A stretch of 64,000 nt of DNA from NCBI GenBank assembly GCA_013239625.1, contig MU053487.1, positions 639,058-703,057 of the forward strand, written 5' to 3'. Origin of the DNA: Lama guanicoe. Taxonomy: Eukaryota. The first letter of the stretch is position 1; each line of letters opens with the position of its first letter. The notes below the pieces were generated by a model. That model saw only the letters and a program-made list of their open reading frames with translations. It was not told where the DNA came from and made no database searches. Positions 11,051 to 23,470 of the stretch are shown piece by piece. Made by a program: the position numbers and the translations under genes.

Positions 11051-12161
11051 TGTCCTTTGCCTCTGCTGTAAAACTCTTGAAATTTAGACCCTGACTGCAT
11101 AGAAATTTGTCCTCTCAAAAAAACCCAAACTGTAATGGTCCCCAGGAAGTCTGAAAACATTTAATTAATGAACATATTTGCAGCTCAGATGACTATCTCA
11201 GGGAAGTCAGGGGTCTCGTTTATCCCGGTGGGTGTAGCTGTGTGTTAGAGGCTGGGTGAAGTTCAGTTCCTTTATTTTATTTAATTTATTGTGTAGGAGA
11301 ACATCTGTTGTTCACACTCATTTCTTTGGAGCTGTTGTGAACATACTTCTCCAAGCCTGTTCTGTCTTCTGTCGTCCCAGACTTGGCCATCAATCTCTTT
11401 CTACTCTGCTCTGTGCATCATTAGAAGCCGCTTTGTGTGGCGAAGAGCTGCTGGTTTGTGGAGCTCTTGTTGCCGATGTGTCATATTTGTTGCTTCCTTC
11501 TCAGCCCAGCAGGAAATTACCTTCTGCTCAAATGATCTCCTTTCCTTCTCATCCCACCATCATTTTAGCATAATTTTCTCTTTCCAGATGATCTGATGAA
11601 GTCCTTGTGTGCACTGTTCATGGCAGGGTCTCATGTCCTCATGGAAACAGACTTCTCATCTTGAGTTCGAGGAAGGAGTCTTAAGCCTTCTGAAATCATC
11701 TGCTATTTAATTATAGAGGACGACCTTCTGTGACTCAACGTCCACCCGGTTTTGTAGAATGTACACTTCTGTTAACAGGGTGTTCAAAGGGGAGTCTTCC
11801 TCTCTTAGTTTCAGTAGAGGCTGCAAACATCTAATCACAAAACAATAGATGCTATACCTACTTTCTGAAATGAGGTGCTAGACCACCTATGTAAGGTTGT
11901 GAAGGAGGTAACTGGGGAACAGTGTTACCTCCTTAATCATCCCCCAACTCGAGGGTGAAATAGAATTAAGTTCGCAAAGGCTAAGTGAGAGAATGTCTTT
12001 GAAGGAAGGTGGTGAAGTGCTCTGGCAATTCCCCACTAAGTCTCCATGCAGGAAAATGAGAAGATGAGAGAGGTAACTGAAGCAGACCCCTTGGAGCCTC
12101 GATATGTACTCTTTAAAGTTTAGGGGCCCCGGTGGACTGGTGGCTGATCAATGCTTGAAAG

Positions 12162-13215
12162 GGCAACCTTTGGATATATAATATTTCCATGTTGCCCATT
12201 TCTAAATATTTTATATTTCCATCATGAATTCTTTTATCAGTAGGGTGTTTAGTAGTGTGTCTTCAAATTTCCATAAGCTTTTTTTTTTCATCTTTGGTTT
12301 ATGCTTTCTAATTTTATAACACTGCTGTCAGAAATCATTTGTAAGATGGTAATTACTTGGTATTTGTTAAGGTTTGCTTTATAACTTAGTTGTGGTCAAT
12401 TTTTTTTAATTCTTACTTTTTTATTTAAGTGTAGTTGGTTTACAATGTTAATTTCAGGTGTACAGCAAAGTGATTCAGTTATACATACATATATATATAT
12501 TCAGATTCTTTTCCATTATAGCTCATTATAAGAAATTGAATATAATTCCCTGTGCTATACAGTATGTCCTTGTTGTTTATCTGTTTTATATATAGTAATG
12601 TGTATCTATTAATCCCAAACTCCTAATCTATCCCTCCCCCACTGGTAACTACAATTTGTCTTCTATGACGGTAAGTCTATGTCTGGTTTATAAATAAATT
12701 TTCTATCTTTTCAGTTTTTTAAAAATTCTACATATGAACAAGATCATATATTTGTCTTTCTCTGTCTGACTCACTTTACTTAATATGATCATCTCTAGGT
12801 CCACCTTTGTTGCTGCAAATGGCATTATTTCATTCTTTTTTATGGCTGAGTAACATTTCATTATACATATAAGTTGTGGTCAATTTTTATAATGTTCCAT
12901 GTGTGTTTTAAATGGATGTCTAGCCTGTAATTATTGGATGTAGAATTCTATATATATGTGTATATTTCAAGTTTGTCAGTTGTGTTGTTTAAACCTCATA
13001 TATCTGCACTAATTTTAAGTCTCCTTAATGTATGAATTACTAAGAGAGGAATGTGAAGGTCTTCCATCTGACTGGATTTATTCAGTTCTCCCTGTAATTA
13101 TTTTACTTATATATTTTGAGGCTATGTTATCAGGAACATACCATTTTGGGATTAAGTTTCCCTTGTGAATTGCTCTTTTGATATTACGTAATCTCTCTCT
13201 TCATTCCTTATAATT
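12162..13215 (-). mobile_element. Old L1 ORF2 endonuclease-region fragment, interrupted by a younger L1
   Basis: Minus strand resembles the WKLNNTLLN..VKEEI..EIKKYLE..NENTTYQNL region; ttttgaggctatgttatcagg and tggtcaatttttataatgttccatgtg are old-L1 signatures. Confidence 0.75.
12405..12871 (-). mobile_element. Cetartiodactyl L1 3' end, 5'-truncated
   Basis: ttacaatgttaatttcaggtgtacagcaaagtgattcagttatacat...; perfect 17-bp TSD AGTTGTGGTCAATTTTT at 12388-12404 and 12872-12888. Confidence 0.92.
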
Positions 13216-13288
13216 AAGGTGACTATATAATTTATCATCCAAACAGACACTCTTTAGCTAGTGAAAAGGGACACTAAAAATAATTAAT
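13216..13288 (+). mobile_element. MER81-like hAT fragment (5' part only)
   Basis: aaggtgactatataatttatcatccaaacagacactcttt..agtgaaaagggacacta..aataatta. Confidence 0.7.
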
Positions 13289-13289
13289 A

Positions 13290-14465
13290 GGTCATTTTAA
13301 GGGAAGTTTTATAGTGATAAATGCCTATATTAATAAAAAAGAAAGATCTCAAATAAATAACCTAACTTCACATTTCAAGGAGCTAGAAAAAGAATAACAA
13401 AGTCCAAAGTTAACAGATGAAGGAAATAATAGAGATTAGAGCAAAACAAATGAAACAGAGAATAGAAAAACAATAGAAAAGTAAATTTGTTTTTTTGAAA
13501 AGATAAAAAAAATTGACAAAGCTTTACCTCGACGAACCAAGAAGAAAAGAGAGGCCCCAAATAAATAAAATTGTTAATGAAAGAGGAGGAATTACAATTA
13601 ATATCATAGAAATGCACAGAATTTTAAGAGAGTACTATGAACAATTATACATCAACAATTTGGACAACTTAGAAGAAATGGACAAATTTCTAGGTTGAAA
13701 CATACAGCCTACCAAGACAGAATCATGAAGAAATAGAATATTTAAAAAGATCAATCATAAGTAAGGAGATTGAATCATTAATCAAAAATCTCCCAACAAA
13801 GAAAAACCCAGGACAACTGGTGAATTAACCCAAACATCTGAAGGAGAATTAATGCCAGTCCTTCTCAAACTCTTCCAAAATCTTGAAGATGAGGGAAGAC
13901 TCTCAAATTCATTTTATAAGGCTGGCATTACTATAACACCAAAACCAGACAAGGAAAGAACAAGAAAGGAAAATTATAGACAAATATTTCCAGTGAATAT
14001 AGATGCAAAAATTCTCAAAAACAAAAAACCACCCCTAAAAACCTAGCAAACCAAATTCAAGATCACATCAAAAGGATCATATACCACGGTCACATGGGCT
14101 TCATCCCTGGGGTGAGTGTTAACATACACAAGACTGATCAAGGCTGATTTAACATAAACACATCAGTAAATGAGATATGCCAAATGAAAAGAATGAAAGA
14201 TAAAAATCATCTGATCTTAATAGATGCAGTAAAAGAATTTAACAAAATACATCCTCCAATGATAAAAAAAAACTCACCAATTTGGACACAGAAAGAACAT
14301 ATCTCAACCTAATAAAGGTCATAGATGATAAGCCTATGGGTAACATCATACTCAGTGGTGAAAGGTTGAAAGTTTCCCCTCTAGGATCAGGAACAAGACA
14401 AGGGTGTCTGCTTTCACCACTCCTATTCAACACAGTGTTACAAGTCCTCCCCAAAACAGGCAAGA
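13290..14465 (+). pseudogene. L1 ORF2 fragment (post-endonuclease to RT N-terminal half), with frameshifts and stops
   Basis: ORFs 13513..13698 (ILREYYEQLY.NNLDNLEEMDKFL), 13852..14046 (LLKLFQ..EDEGRLSNSFY.A.IT..PKPDK) and 14282..14530 (GTRQGCLLSPLLFNTVL) are L1 ORF2p segments. Confidence 0.95.
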
Positions 14466-15838
14466 GAAAGGAGGGGGAAAGACAGTTTAAAAATCCAACC
14501 TCCAAATTGTTGTTGGGTCCCTATTCCTAGACTTGCTGTACTGTCAACCTTGCCCTCGGGGAAGAGGTCTGCTACAGAAACCCCACTTACTGGGCTCAGC
14601 CTAGTGCGCTGTGTGCTCAGGGCTTCACCCTTAGAAACACAGAAAGATGTAGGCAGGGCTTTGAACTTTCAGTCTTTCTGTTTCATTCCAGCCTTAGCTT
14701 TTGTAAGTGAGATGGTGTAGGATAAATGCCTAAGTCCTTATTTTACAAACAAAAACAAAAACAAAAACAAAAACAGCTCCCGGAACCACTGGAAGGCAAA
14801 AGTGGCTACAGTCGGTTTAGACATCACAAAACAATTTCCTTACCCTTCTGTCAGCTGGAAGCAGTGTGAGAAGGAGGTTGGGTAGCTGAGCTGGGACCAG
14901 ACCATGAGGGCCATGTGAAGGGGTTTAGGTCCATGGTTTCCACCTGAAGAGTTTATGGCACCCTCTGATTTTGATCAAAACATGATCAGAATCTCCCCTT
15001 GTTGACTTCAGTGGACTAAACTGTGATTTTACCTAAATAGATACAACTATAAAATCAGGCTAAGAGTCATTATATTTATAACTCTTACATAATGATGAAA
15101 GCAAAGTAGATTTGTAAACTGTATTCAAATAAAAGTGCAAACTAAAACAGAAAATAAAACAAAAAATGAATTCAACACGTCAGATCAAGTTGTTCTGGGG
15201 AAACAAAGTGACCGCTCTCAAAGTGGCAATGACGCTGCTCTCAAGTAGAGTGTGGTGAGTCTGACCTACTTGTACGGTGTGTTAGAAATGACTCAACCGT
15301 TCACCATTCTTCTCTATTTCAACACGGAGGAAACTTAATTTGGGGAGTGATAGGAAAGACTTCAACCTTCATTTGTCCCCGAGGCACCATTTTTTCCATG
15401 TTTGTCTCTGGACTTTCCCTCATTAGCCTGGGGTAATTAAAATAGTACTACCTGGAGCCCATGGGCTTGTTAACAAATGCAAACAGGGGCACTAAAATGT
15501 CAAGACAGTGCTTGATTTTAAAAGTGGAAATCCAGATGATCCAGAATATCATTGTATTAGAAAATTTAAATATCACTGACATGAAAGGAAGAAAACATAT
15601 TCTTACAGAGATTTTGAAGTCCTTTCTTAATTCGCCTGAAGACCTCCACCCTCTCCAGCTGGGAACTCGTGTGTTCTTCCAAAGATAATTTAGGTGTTTA
15701 GGGTCCTTCAGGTGATAAGAATGGAGGTTGACCAGGGGAGGGGCCCAGGCTAACGGCAGGGAAGGAGGAGGAGTCAGAGACAAGGCATCCTGCAGACCAA
15801 CAGTGATGCACGCAGGTAGGCTGGGGGTGGATGCGGGA

Positions 15839-16231
15839 TGTTGCAGGGCTTCTGTGATGCTCCACTCTGGTCCCCTCTTTAGGCGGTTGCAGCTGCTGGG
15901 AATATGTGGTGTTCACGGCTAGGGCTGTGTCCTCTGGGCATTACTCTCTGTGACAGAGAACTGCTTTGCCCAAGGCAACACTCCTTCCTGGGGATCTAGT
16001 CATGCCTAGTGACTGGCTGATGCTGGCTGCAAAGACTTCTGTTTGGGACAACATCGAAGAGCCATCTGAGCTCCAGAACCCTGTGTAGGATCAGCTGAGG
16101 CCTCACTTGCAACTTTATTGGACGTCAGCTTCCCTCCTTTTAGGTGTCTCTCCTGAGAGTTCTCCCCAGTAAAACAGCTGTATGCAATTCCTTATCTTAG
16201 AGTCTGATTCGAGAGAGCCCAGCCTAAGGCA
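15839..16231 (+). mobile_element. ERVL solo LTR (LTR16A/B-like)
   Basis: gctttgcccaaggcaacac...gagctccagaac...aggatcagctgaggcc...tcttagagtctg...cagcctaaggca terminus. Confidence 0.72.
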
Positions 16232-16261
16232 GTATCAACGGGACCTGTGGACAGACCCTAT

Positions 16262-16365
16262 GGGTGTGTTCACTGCTGAACTCCCAGTGGTCAGCACAGC
16301 GTCTGGTACATGATGGGTAATCAGTAAACGCCTGAGTGAATGAATGAATGATTGAATGATGGATG
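16262..16365 (+). mobile_element. L2 3' end with (TGAA)n tail
   Basis: gttcactgctgaactcccagtggtcagcacagcgtctggtaca...tgaatgaatgaatg. Confidence 0.8.
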
Positions 16366-16570
16366 TGACAAAATCAAGGATGACTACTTTAATTCTGGCT
16401 TTGAATATTGGTCAGATGATGGGTCACGGGGGGGGGAATAGGATGACTTTAGACATTACAGGTTCTCCGATTTATTTTTATTTTTTTTCCTTCCAATGGC
16501 TTTATTCAAATCTGAAAACTGAGAAATGATTAGTTATAGCAACAATTGGAATGCAGGGATTTTTCTCTTG

Positions 16571-16682
16571 TTTTTATTATTTATTTATTAAACATTTTTT
16601 TATTGAGCTATAGTCATTTTACAATGTTGTGTCAAATTCCAGTGTAGAGCGCAATTTTTCAGTTATACATGAACATACATAT
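16571..16682 (-). mobile_element. Young camelid L1 3' end
   Basis: ttttattgagctatagtcattttacaatgttgtgtcaaattccagtgtagagcgcaatttttcagttatacatgaacatac; same terminus type as the 6297 insertion. Confidence 0.88.
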
Positions 16683-18989
16683 GGTTGTCTGATTTATGTT
16701 TATTGCCTCATTCTGTGTTTTCTTCTTGGCCCTGATTCTACGCCTTCTCCCCCACCCCCAAGTACGCATTGAATGGTTTCCTGGAGGTGGCTAGTGTTCA
16801 GGGTGTTCCAAATAAATTACGAGACAATGTCAGTGAGGATGAGATCTGTTGACTGCTCCCTGACATCCCCATGTCATGACCTCGAGTTGAGGTTCTAGGT
16901 CTCTCGTTTGCCTGTAGGTGTCTGTGAAGTGTGGCTTGCACTCAGGAGTGATGAGTCCGGATTTAATGGCCTCGTTGCATGTCAATACATCAAATGACGA
17001 TCATGAGATCGGATGAGGGGAGGAAATGCTAGGTTCTGTGATTGTTCCAGATTTCGTTCCTGGCGGTGTCCAGGGAGTGCTTTCAGGGTGGAGACAGCAG
17101 CATTACCATTTTAACGAGCCCAGTCTCCCTGTAGTTTATGGCTGCTTTCCACCCACGGCAAATCTGATGGGCAATTGCTCTCCCTCTTAAGGTGGCCTTT
17201 CTGGGATCCAAGATTAGGTCAGACGCTCCTCCCCACTGTCAGGCAGCCTCGTAAAGCTCCTTCCTTTAATTGGAATTCCAGGCCATTAAGTAGTGGCCTA
17301 ATTTGCTGCCTTGGACTGTTTCTCATGTTAACTTTACAAAGGTAAGAAGGAAACCAGATTTGGGTCTGGGTTTTCTTCTACAACACATTTCTTAAAGGGT
17401 CAGACTTGCATTTCTAGAAGAGAGAGGAGTTGAATATACTTTGAGTGGGAAGGAGCCTAGGGAGTGGGGGTCGGGACACTTCAATAAAACAGAATTGTGG
17501 AAACATGGAGGCGGCTGGGCCCTTGGAGGGGATCCGGTATCCCCTGCTCTGCACTTGACTTGTTACAATCTGGGGAGGTGGGGCTGCTAATCTGAAATTA
17601 CAGAGGTGATTTCAGGCAGAGAGTAGTTCAGAACCTGGGCCAACTGAGGTTACCAAACAGGAAGGTTTCATGGGAGTTGTGAGGTTCCCCTTAGCAGAAC
17701 AGGCTGTTCCCCCTTGCAGTAGGATGGCCGAGCAAGGGACTAAGGGAAAAAGTTAAGCCGTTGGTGCCAGTTCCCTATTTCTGATGTACGGATCGCTTGA
17801 TCAGGACTGTCACCCTTCCCAGACTAAGAGATGTCAGTGAATTGCACCTGCCAAACAAAATCTTCATTGGGAAATAACCTCTCCAGGTTATTGGGACGAG
17901 TTTGAGAAGCATCTCAGGCCAGTGGCAATGGAGTTTCTGATCACATTCTGGACGAGTGCTAAGCTTTCCAAACCCAAGGGGCTCACTGAGGACCAAGCCT
18001 ACTGCAATCTGTGGCTGTGGTCATCATGGATGTCCAGGCTTCCCGCTGCAAGTTTCTCCCTAGGGTCTGCTTTTAAGAGAGCAAGAGCCCCAGATGGCAT
18101 TTGGAACCAGCCGCTGTCACTCTGTGTAAATCCCTTAGTCCTGCTGGATCCCTCGAACAAAGCTAATCTGCCATCTGACACCTGGTCTTGTCACCTTTAA
18201 TTCCAGGCTTCTGAGCTGCTGTCTCTGAGGAAATAAAGGGGAGGATTTCTCTTCTGCCCTCATGTCCTCTTGACATCTATTATTCTGCTCATGGACTTCC
18301 ACCCCACGGGGCACAAGGCTGCATTTCTCGACTCTTCTGTTCAACAGTGTCAAGCCATTCCTGAGTTTTGGACCTGCCTATTTTGCAGTTTTATTTATTT
18401 ATTTTGGGTAAAGGAATCCTGTGGCAACAAAAGGCTCCATTTTAGAAGCTGTTTCTGTTAGAAAGTTTAGGAACAAGAGAGACATGAAAAAAGAAGCTGT
18501 TTGCTCACGATGGAATTTCAGGGATTCTTGGCTTTTCACAGAATTCCTACAATATGTGCAGTCCCCGTCTTAGGCACAGAAGATGCAGGGAAAGGCTTAG
18601 AAGCCACTTGAGCTCTCCTCAAATTTCCACATTGTGAGATACATCCACAAAGTCACTAATGGGGAAAGCAATCTATTTTTAGGCACATGAAATAATTTAG
18701 GTCAGAATATGCCAGGTAGCATTCATTGCATTGTAGCTGAAAACAAACCCCAATTTGGATGGTTATAAAATGATTTCAATAAACATCATTGCGAAAAGCA
18801 TAAGCATTTTAATGAGCTCATCTGTATCTCTGCAGGGCCTGCTGAGATATGAATATACATATATATTCATAATATAGATTGTTGTGAATATATTTGTTAT
18901 TAGTTGCATCCTTCTCTCCTCTTTTCCCATTATTGTACTGTTGCAAAATGTCTTCTATCTTTGGAGTGAAAGGAGAATTCTGTTTATTT

Positions 18990-19992
18990 TAGTTTCTCCC
19001 AGAGCAAGCGAGCCAAGACAGGGAGGGCCAGGTGGAAGCTGTCCTTTTTATGACCCACCCTTGGAAGTCATGCAGCATCACTTCTGCCCCATTCTGTTCA
19101 TTAGACGTGAACACCCAGCTGTGGCCTGCTTTCAAGTAGAGGAAAATTAGCCTTCACCTTTTTTTTGAAGTATTGTTGATTTACAATGTTGTGTTAGTTT
19201 TGAGGGTACAGCATAGTGATTCAGAATACATATATACATATTCTTTTTCATACTCTTTTTCATTATGTGTTATTACAAACTACTGAATATAGTTCCCTGT
19301 GCTCTACAGTAGGACCTTGTTGCTTACTTATTCTGTATAGTTTGTATCTGCTAGTCCCAAAACTCCTGCTTTATCTCTCCTGCCCTCTCCTTTCCCCTTT
19401 GGTAACCATAAGTTGGTTTCTATGTCTGTCTGTCTGTTTCTGTTTTGTAAATAAGTTCATTTGTGTCATTTGTTTTTAGGTTCCACATATGAGTGATATC
19501 ACATATTTGTCTTTGGCTTACTTCGCTTAGTATGATCATCTCTAGGTCCATCCATGTTGCTGCAAATGGCATTATTTTATTTCATTCTTTTTTATGGCTG
19601 CGTAATGTTTCATTGTATAAATATACCACAATTTCTTTATGCAGTCATCTGTTGATGGGCATTTAGGTTGCTTCCACGTCATGACTATTGTAAGTAGTGC
19701 TGCTATGAACTTTGGGGTTCATGTATCTTTTTGAATTGGAATTTTCTCCAGATATATGCCCAGGAGTGGGATTGCTGGATCATAGGCTAAGTCTGTTTTT
19801 AGTTTTTTGAGGAATCTCCCTACTGTTTTCTATAATGGCTGCACCAAACGACATTCCCACCTGCAGTGTGGAAGGGTGCCCTTTCCTCCACACCCTCTCC
19901 AGCATCTATTGTTTGTGGACTTCTGAATGATTAGCCTTCACCTTCTTAAGGGAGCAGTGTCAACGAATTTACAGATGCTTTAGAACTACCGT
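18990..19992 (-). mobile_element. MaLR LTR (MLT1 family) split by an L1 insertion
   Basis: ggaagctgtccttttatgacccacccttggaagtcatgcagcatcacttctgccccattctgttcattag; continues after 19944. Confidence 0.75.
19161..19929 (-). mobile_element. Cetartiodactyl L1 3' end, 5'-truncated
   Basis: L1 3'UTR and ORF2 end; perfect 15-bp TSD ATTAGCCTTCACCTT at 19146-19160 and 19930-19944. Confidence 0.93.
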
Positions 19993-21727
19993 CTCTGTAT
20001 TTCAAGGGTTCCTCCTGAGGTCACGCAGCACATTTCCCTTTCTTTCAGTAATTTCTGAGGCAGAAACAGTCCCATCCTGGATAAATGACTCCAGGGAGTG
20101 CTGTAAAGAATGATTTCTCAGTAACCAAGTCCTTGTTCCCCTGGGTAAGAAAGTTCTCTTCTCACACAGGCCACCACTGATGCTGACCCTACAAGGCTGA
20201 AGGGTGGCTCTCCAAATCAAAATGTCTTTGAAAGGACAAAGAAGCCCTGAGTCAGGGAGAGGGCCAGGAGAGACTGCTGTCTGTCAGGCAAATCGGGAAG
20301 GCTCGGGTTCCCCTTGATGCAGCCTGGGACCAGGCCCCTTCTAAGGTGAACTTTCTGTGATGGTCCCTTCCCGTCCCTCGAAATGAAATGCATTTAGACC
20401 GTGTGCTTATTTTTTCCTTCCCCTCATGTGCTCTCTATGGAATTCATTATCTCTGATTTAGTAAAGTGCGTTTACACACCCGAGGAGCCAGTTTAACTAA
20501 TGCCAGCTCATCTGCTAATATCAGTCTCCTCTCCTTGGAGGAATCTTCTGAGATTAGGTCTGACCTGCTGCTGTAAAAATAGGGAAAGGAGAAAGATGGA
20601 AACTGGAGTGAGGGGTCCTCACCTCCTGGAAGGAATAATCTGGGATATTTAAGAAAGAGGTTTTGCCTTTTTGAGGGGGTTTGTCATCATTTTCTCTGTT
20701 CAGTCTCCCACTGGGACTTCTCTCAGAGCCAGCCTTGTTCATGCTGGGTTCTGCCTGGACAGATCAGTTGTACGGAAGGAGAGGCTTCAGCTCAGGGAGT
20801 CTGGGTACAGCACCAGGCAGGGCACTAGGTCACAGGGGACAGTCAGTAGATGACTGTGTGATGAGCAGGTGCAGAATGGAGCGTGGCCTAAGTGCTGACC
20901 TGAGGTCTAGCTCTTGATCTGTGGCCCAGCCTCCCAGCACTCGAGTCCTGCGGCCTTGATTTTCATTTCTGTGAAATGGGAGCAGCAGGGGTAGGTTGGG
21001 GAAGCCAGGGACTCCATGGTTCTGGGCTACTTCTGTGTTTTGGAGGAATTAGGACTGTAGTCATCAGATGTGGCAATATCTAGAGAGACACTATAGTTGG
21101 AGACCGGCTCTAATGCTGGTGTGGTGGCACAGACAGAAGGCAGATGTCCCGTGTGACCTGGTGCAGGTCAGATCTCCTCTCTGGACCACATCTGATTCAT
21201 GTCTAGAATAAAGAGGCGGTGGCTGCTTTTTGGCTCTAAGTCCTCTGCTTCCAATTGTTTCCTCCATCAACAGCTATCCTGAGCCAGAATCCTCTGGGAT
21301 TACTTGGGCAGTGCCAAACGTTGGTGACAGAACATACTTAGTGTGATTCTGGGAATGCTGGGGGCTCTTGTTTCCTGCAGGGGGCTGTCAAGATGGCGAG
21401 ACAGAGCCTCCTTTTCAGTCAGGAAGTCTGTAGTTTGAGAGTGAGCTGATTCGAGCATTCAAGGGGCTACTGATTTTTGAGACTTTTAGAATTGGAGGCA
21501 GTTTTACACATAATAGATAGAAACAGTACAGTGCCTTCATGTTTCTGATCAACCCTAGAGAGATGATGTGGACAACAGTTTAGCAAATGGATGTTTAAGC
21601 TCAGAGTGGCCACTTTTCATGGAGAGTTTTCTCCTATAGTCGGCCGCCTAATGCCTTTAAAGAGAAAAACATCAAAGTTCTCTACATTTCCAGTGCCAGG
21701 ATTGAGTAGGAGGCTGTCTGTGGTGAG

Positions 21728-21790
21728 ATTTAGCACAGTGCCGATCACATACTAGGTGCTCAATAAAAACGAGTCAAAGAAATGAATGTG
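21728..21790 (+). mobile_element. L2 3' end
   Basis: tttagcacagtgccgatcacatactaggtgctcaataaa...aatgaatg. Confidence 0.7.
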
Positions 21791-22751
21791 TGAGTTTCTA
21801 TAAGAGAACTGTTACCAGCTCTTTCAATAGGAAAGTCTAGGATTTGTCTTGTGGATTCCAACTTAGCAATAATTCTTCCACATCAATTCCTCATCCCCTA
21901 TGCCTTCTCTTTGGAACCTCTCTCTGTAAATACCTCAGAGATATTTTCCTTTTATTTATTTTATAAACTATATTCTTATCTCAGTCCCTTTGTCTTATAG
22001 TGACAAGACCTAGATATGTGGATATTATGGCTCATGTGAAAAAACTGGGCCACTTTCATACTGATTTATGGGACTTGTCCAAGGGCAGGTGTATGTAAAT
22101 CTTGATTCAGGCTTTAAAAAGAGGTATGCAAGTTAAAAATGATGTATCTTTATTGATTTTGGAAACTGCAATGTCGTAAGTTATTTACAAAAGGCTCACT
22201 CCTTTGTATTCCTAAAAACTAATTTTCACTGTTATTAATTCACTCCTTGTGTCCTAAATAAGGGTATTACAAATTTAATTGATTTTGAACTCACTGATTT
22301 TGAAGTTAATGAAATTGTTTATTTCAGTAACTTCACTTCCATTTCTTTTTCTTCACCATTAAACTTGGTGATATAAATTCTAAAATGATTTGTCTAACAG
22401 CAGAAGGGGCTACAAGCAAGAGATCTCAGTTCTCTGGAAGTTTTCCAATTTTATATCTTGGGGAATATACCAGTTCAAGAAGTCATTCTGGCTCTTTCTC
22501 TCGAAAGATATTTTCTTTTTGACTCCATATTTGTCTTCTTATTTAAGGAGACATTGAGTCTGTTTCCTCACAGAACATTTGATGACTTCTCATGGTTTCC
22601 ATAAACATCCTCAAATACTTGGCATGGGGTCCTCAGGTCTTGATGATCTGGTTGCAAATGTACCTCCTTTTCCACATCCCATCTTATTGCTTCTGCCACC
22701 CACTGTTTCCACCTTGTCCCTCAAGTACACCACAAACTTTAAGAACAGTAG

Positions 22752-23287
22752 TGTATCAGTTATCTCTTGCTGCATAACAAGTTACCCCAAAGCTGTAGGT
22801 GTTATATCATGGTTACTGTGAGTCAGGAATCTGGGCGTAGCCTAGCTGGTCTCTCCCTCCCACAAGGCTGCAGTCAAGGTATCAGCTGGGACTGCGATCA
22901 CCTCAAGGTTCAGCTGGACCAGGACCATCTCATCTCCAAGCTCATTCATGTGATTGTTGGCAGGGTCCATTTCCTCTTGGACTTAGCTCTTCGCTGGATG
23001 TTGGCCTGAGATCACCTTCCATTCTTTGCCAAGGGGGTCTCTCATACAAGAGAATATGCAATGAGGGTGAAAGAATGAGAGAGAGAGAGAGAGTGAATAC
23101 CAGCAGGATGGGCCTCACAATGCTTTGTAATCTAATCATGGATGCGACACCCCATCACTTCTGCTGTTTCTGTTGGCTAGAAGTGAGTCACTAGGATCAG
23201 CATATCCCAAAGGGGAGAGGGTTACACAAGGTCCTGGACACCAGGAGATGGGGATCCCTGGGGGCGTGTCAGAAGCTGCTGACCACA
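22752..23287 (-). mobile_element. MaLR solo LTR (MLT1F-like), near full length
   Basis: tgtatcagttatctcttgctgcataacaagttaccccaaa ... cagaagctgctgaccaca; TG...CA termini. Confidence 0.85.
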
Positions 23288-23291
23288 TGTG

Positions 23292-23470
23292 GTATTTATG
23301 GTTGACGTTTATGGAGTTTGTACTGTGCAGGAGGTGTTGTGCTGAGCCCTTTCCTGTGCAATCCTCCAAAAGATTCTTTTGAGTGGACAATGTTTTCTTC
23401 ATTCTGAGGCTCAGAAAGTTTAAGCAACTAGTGGGGTTTTGTAAATTGTTCTCACATGGCACCAGGCAGA
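23292..23470 (-). mobile_element. MIR SINE
   Basis: tactgtgcagg..tgtgctgagccctt...ctgaggctcagaaagtttaagcaact. Confidence 0.65.

Noticed and set aside
18848..18871. 10-bp-arm hairpin TATGAATATA-cata-TATATTCATA as a miRNA or MITE
   Set aside because: Too short and TA-rich; explained by low complexity.
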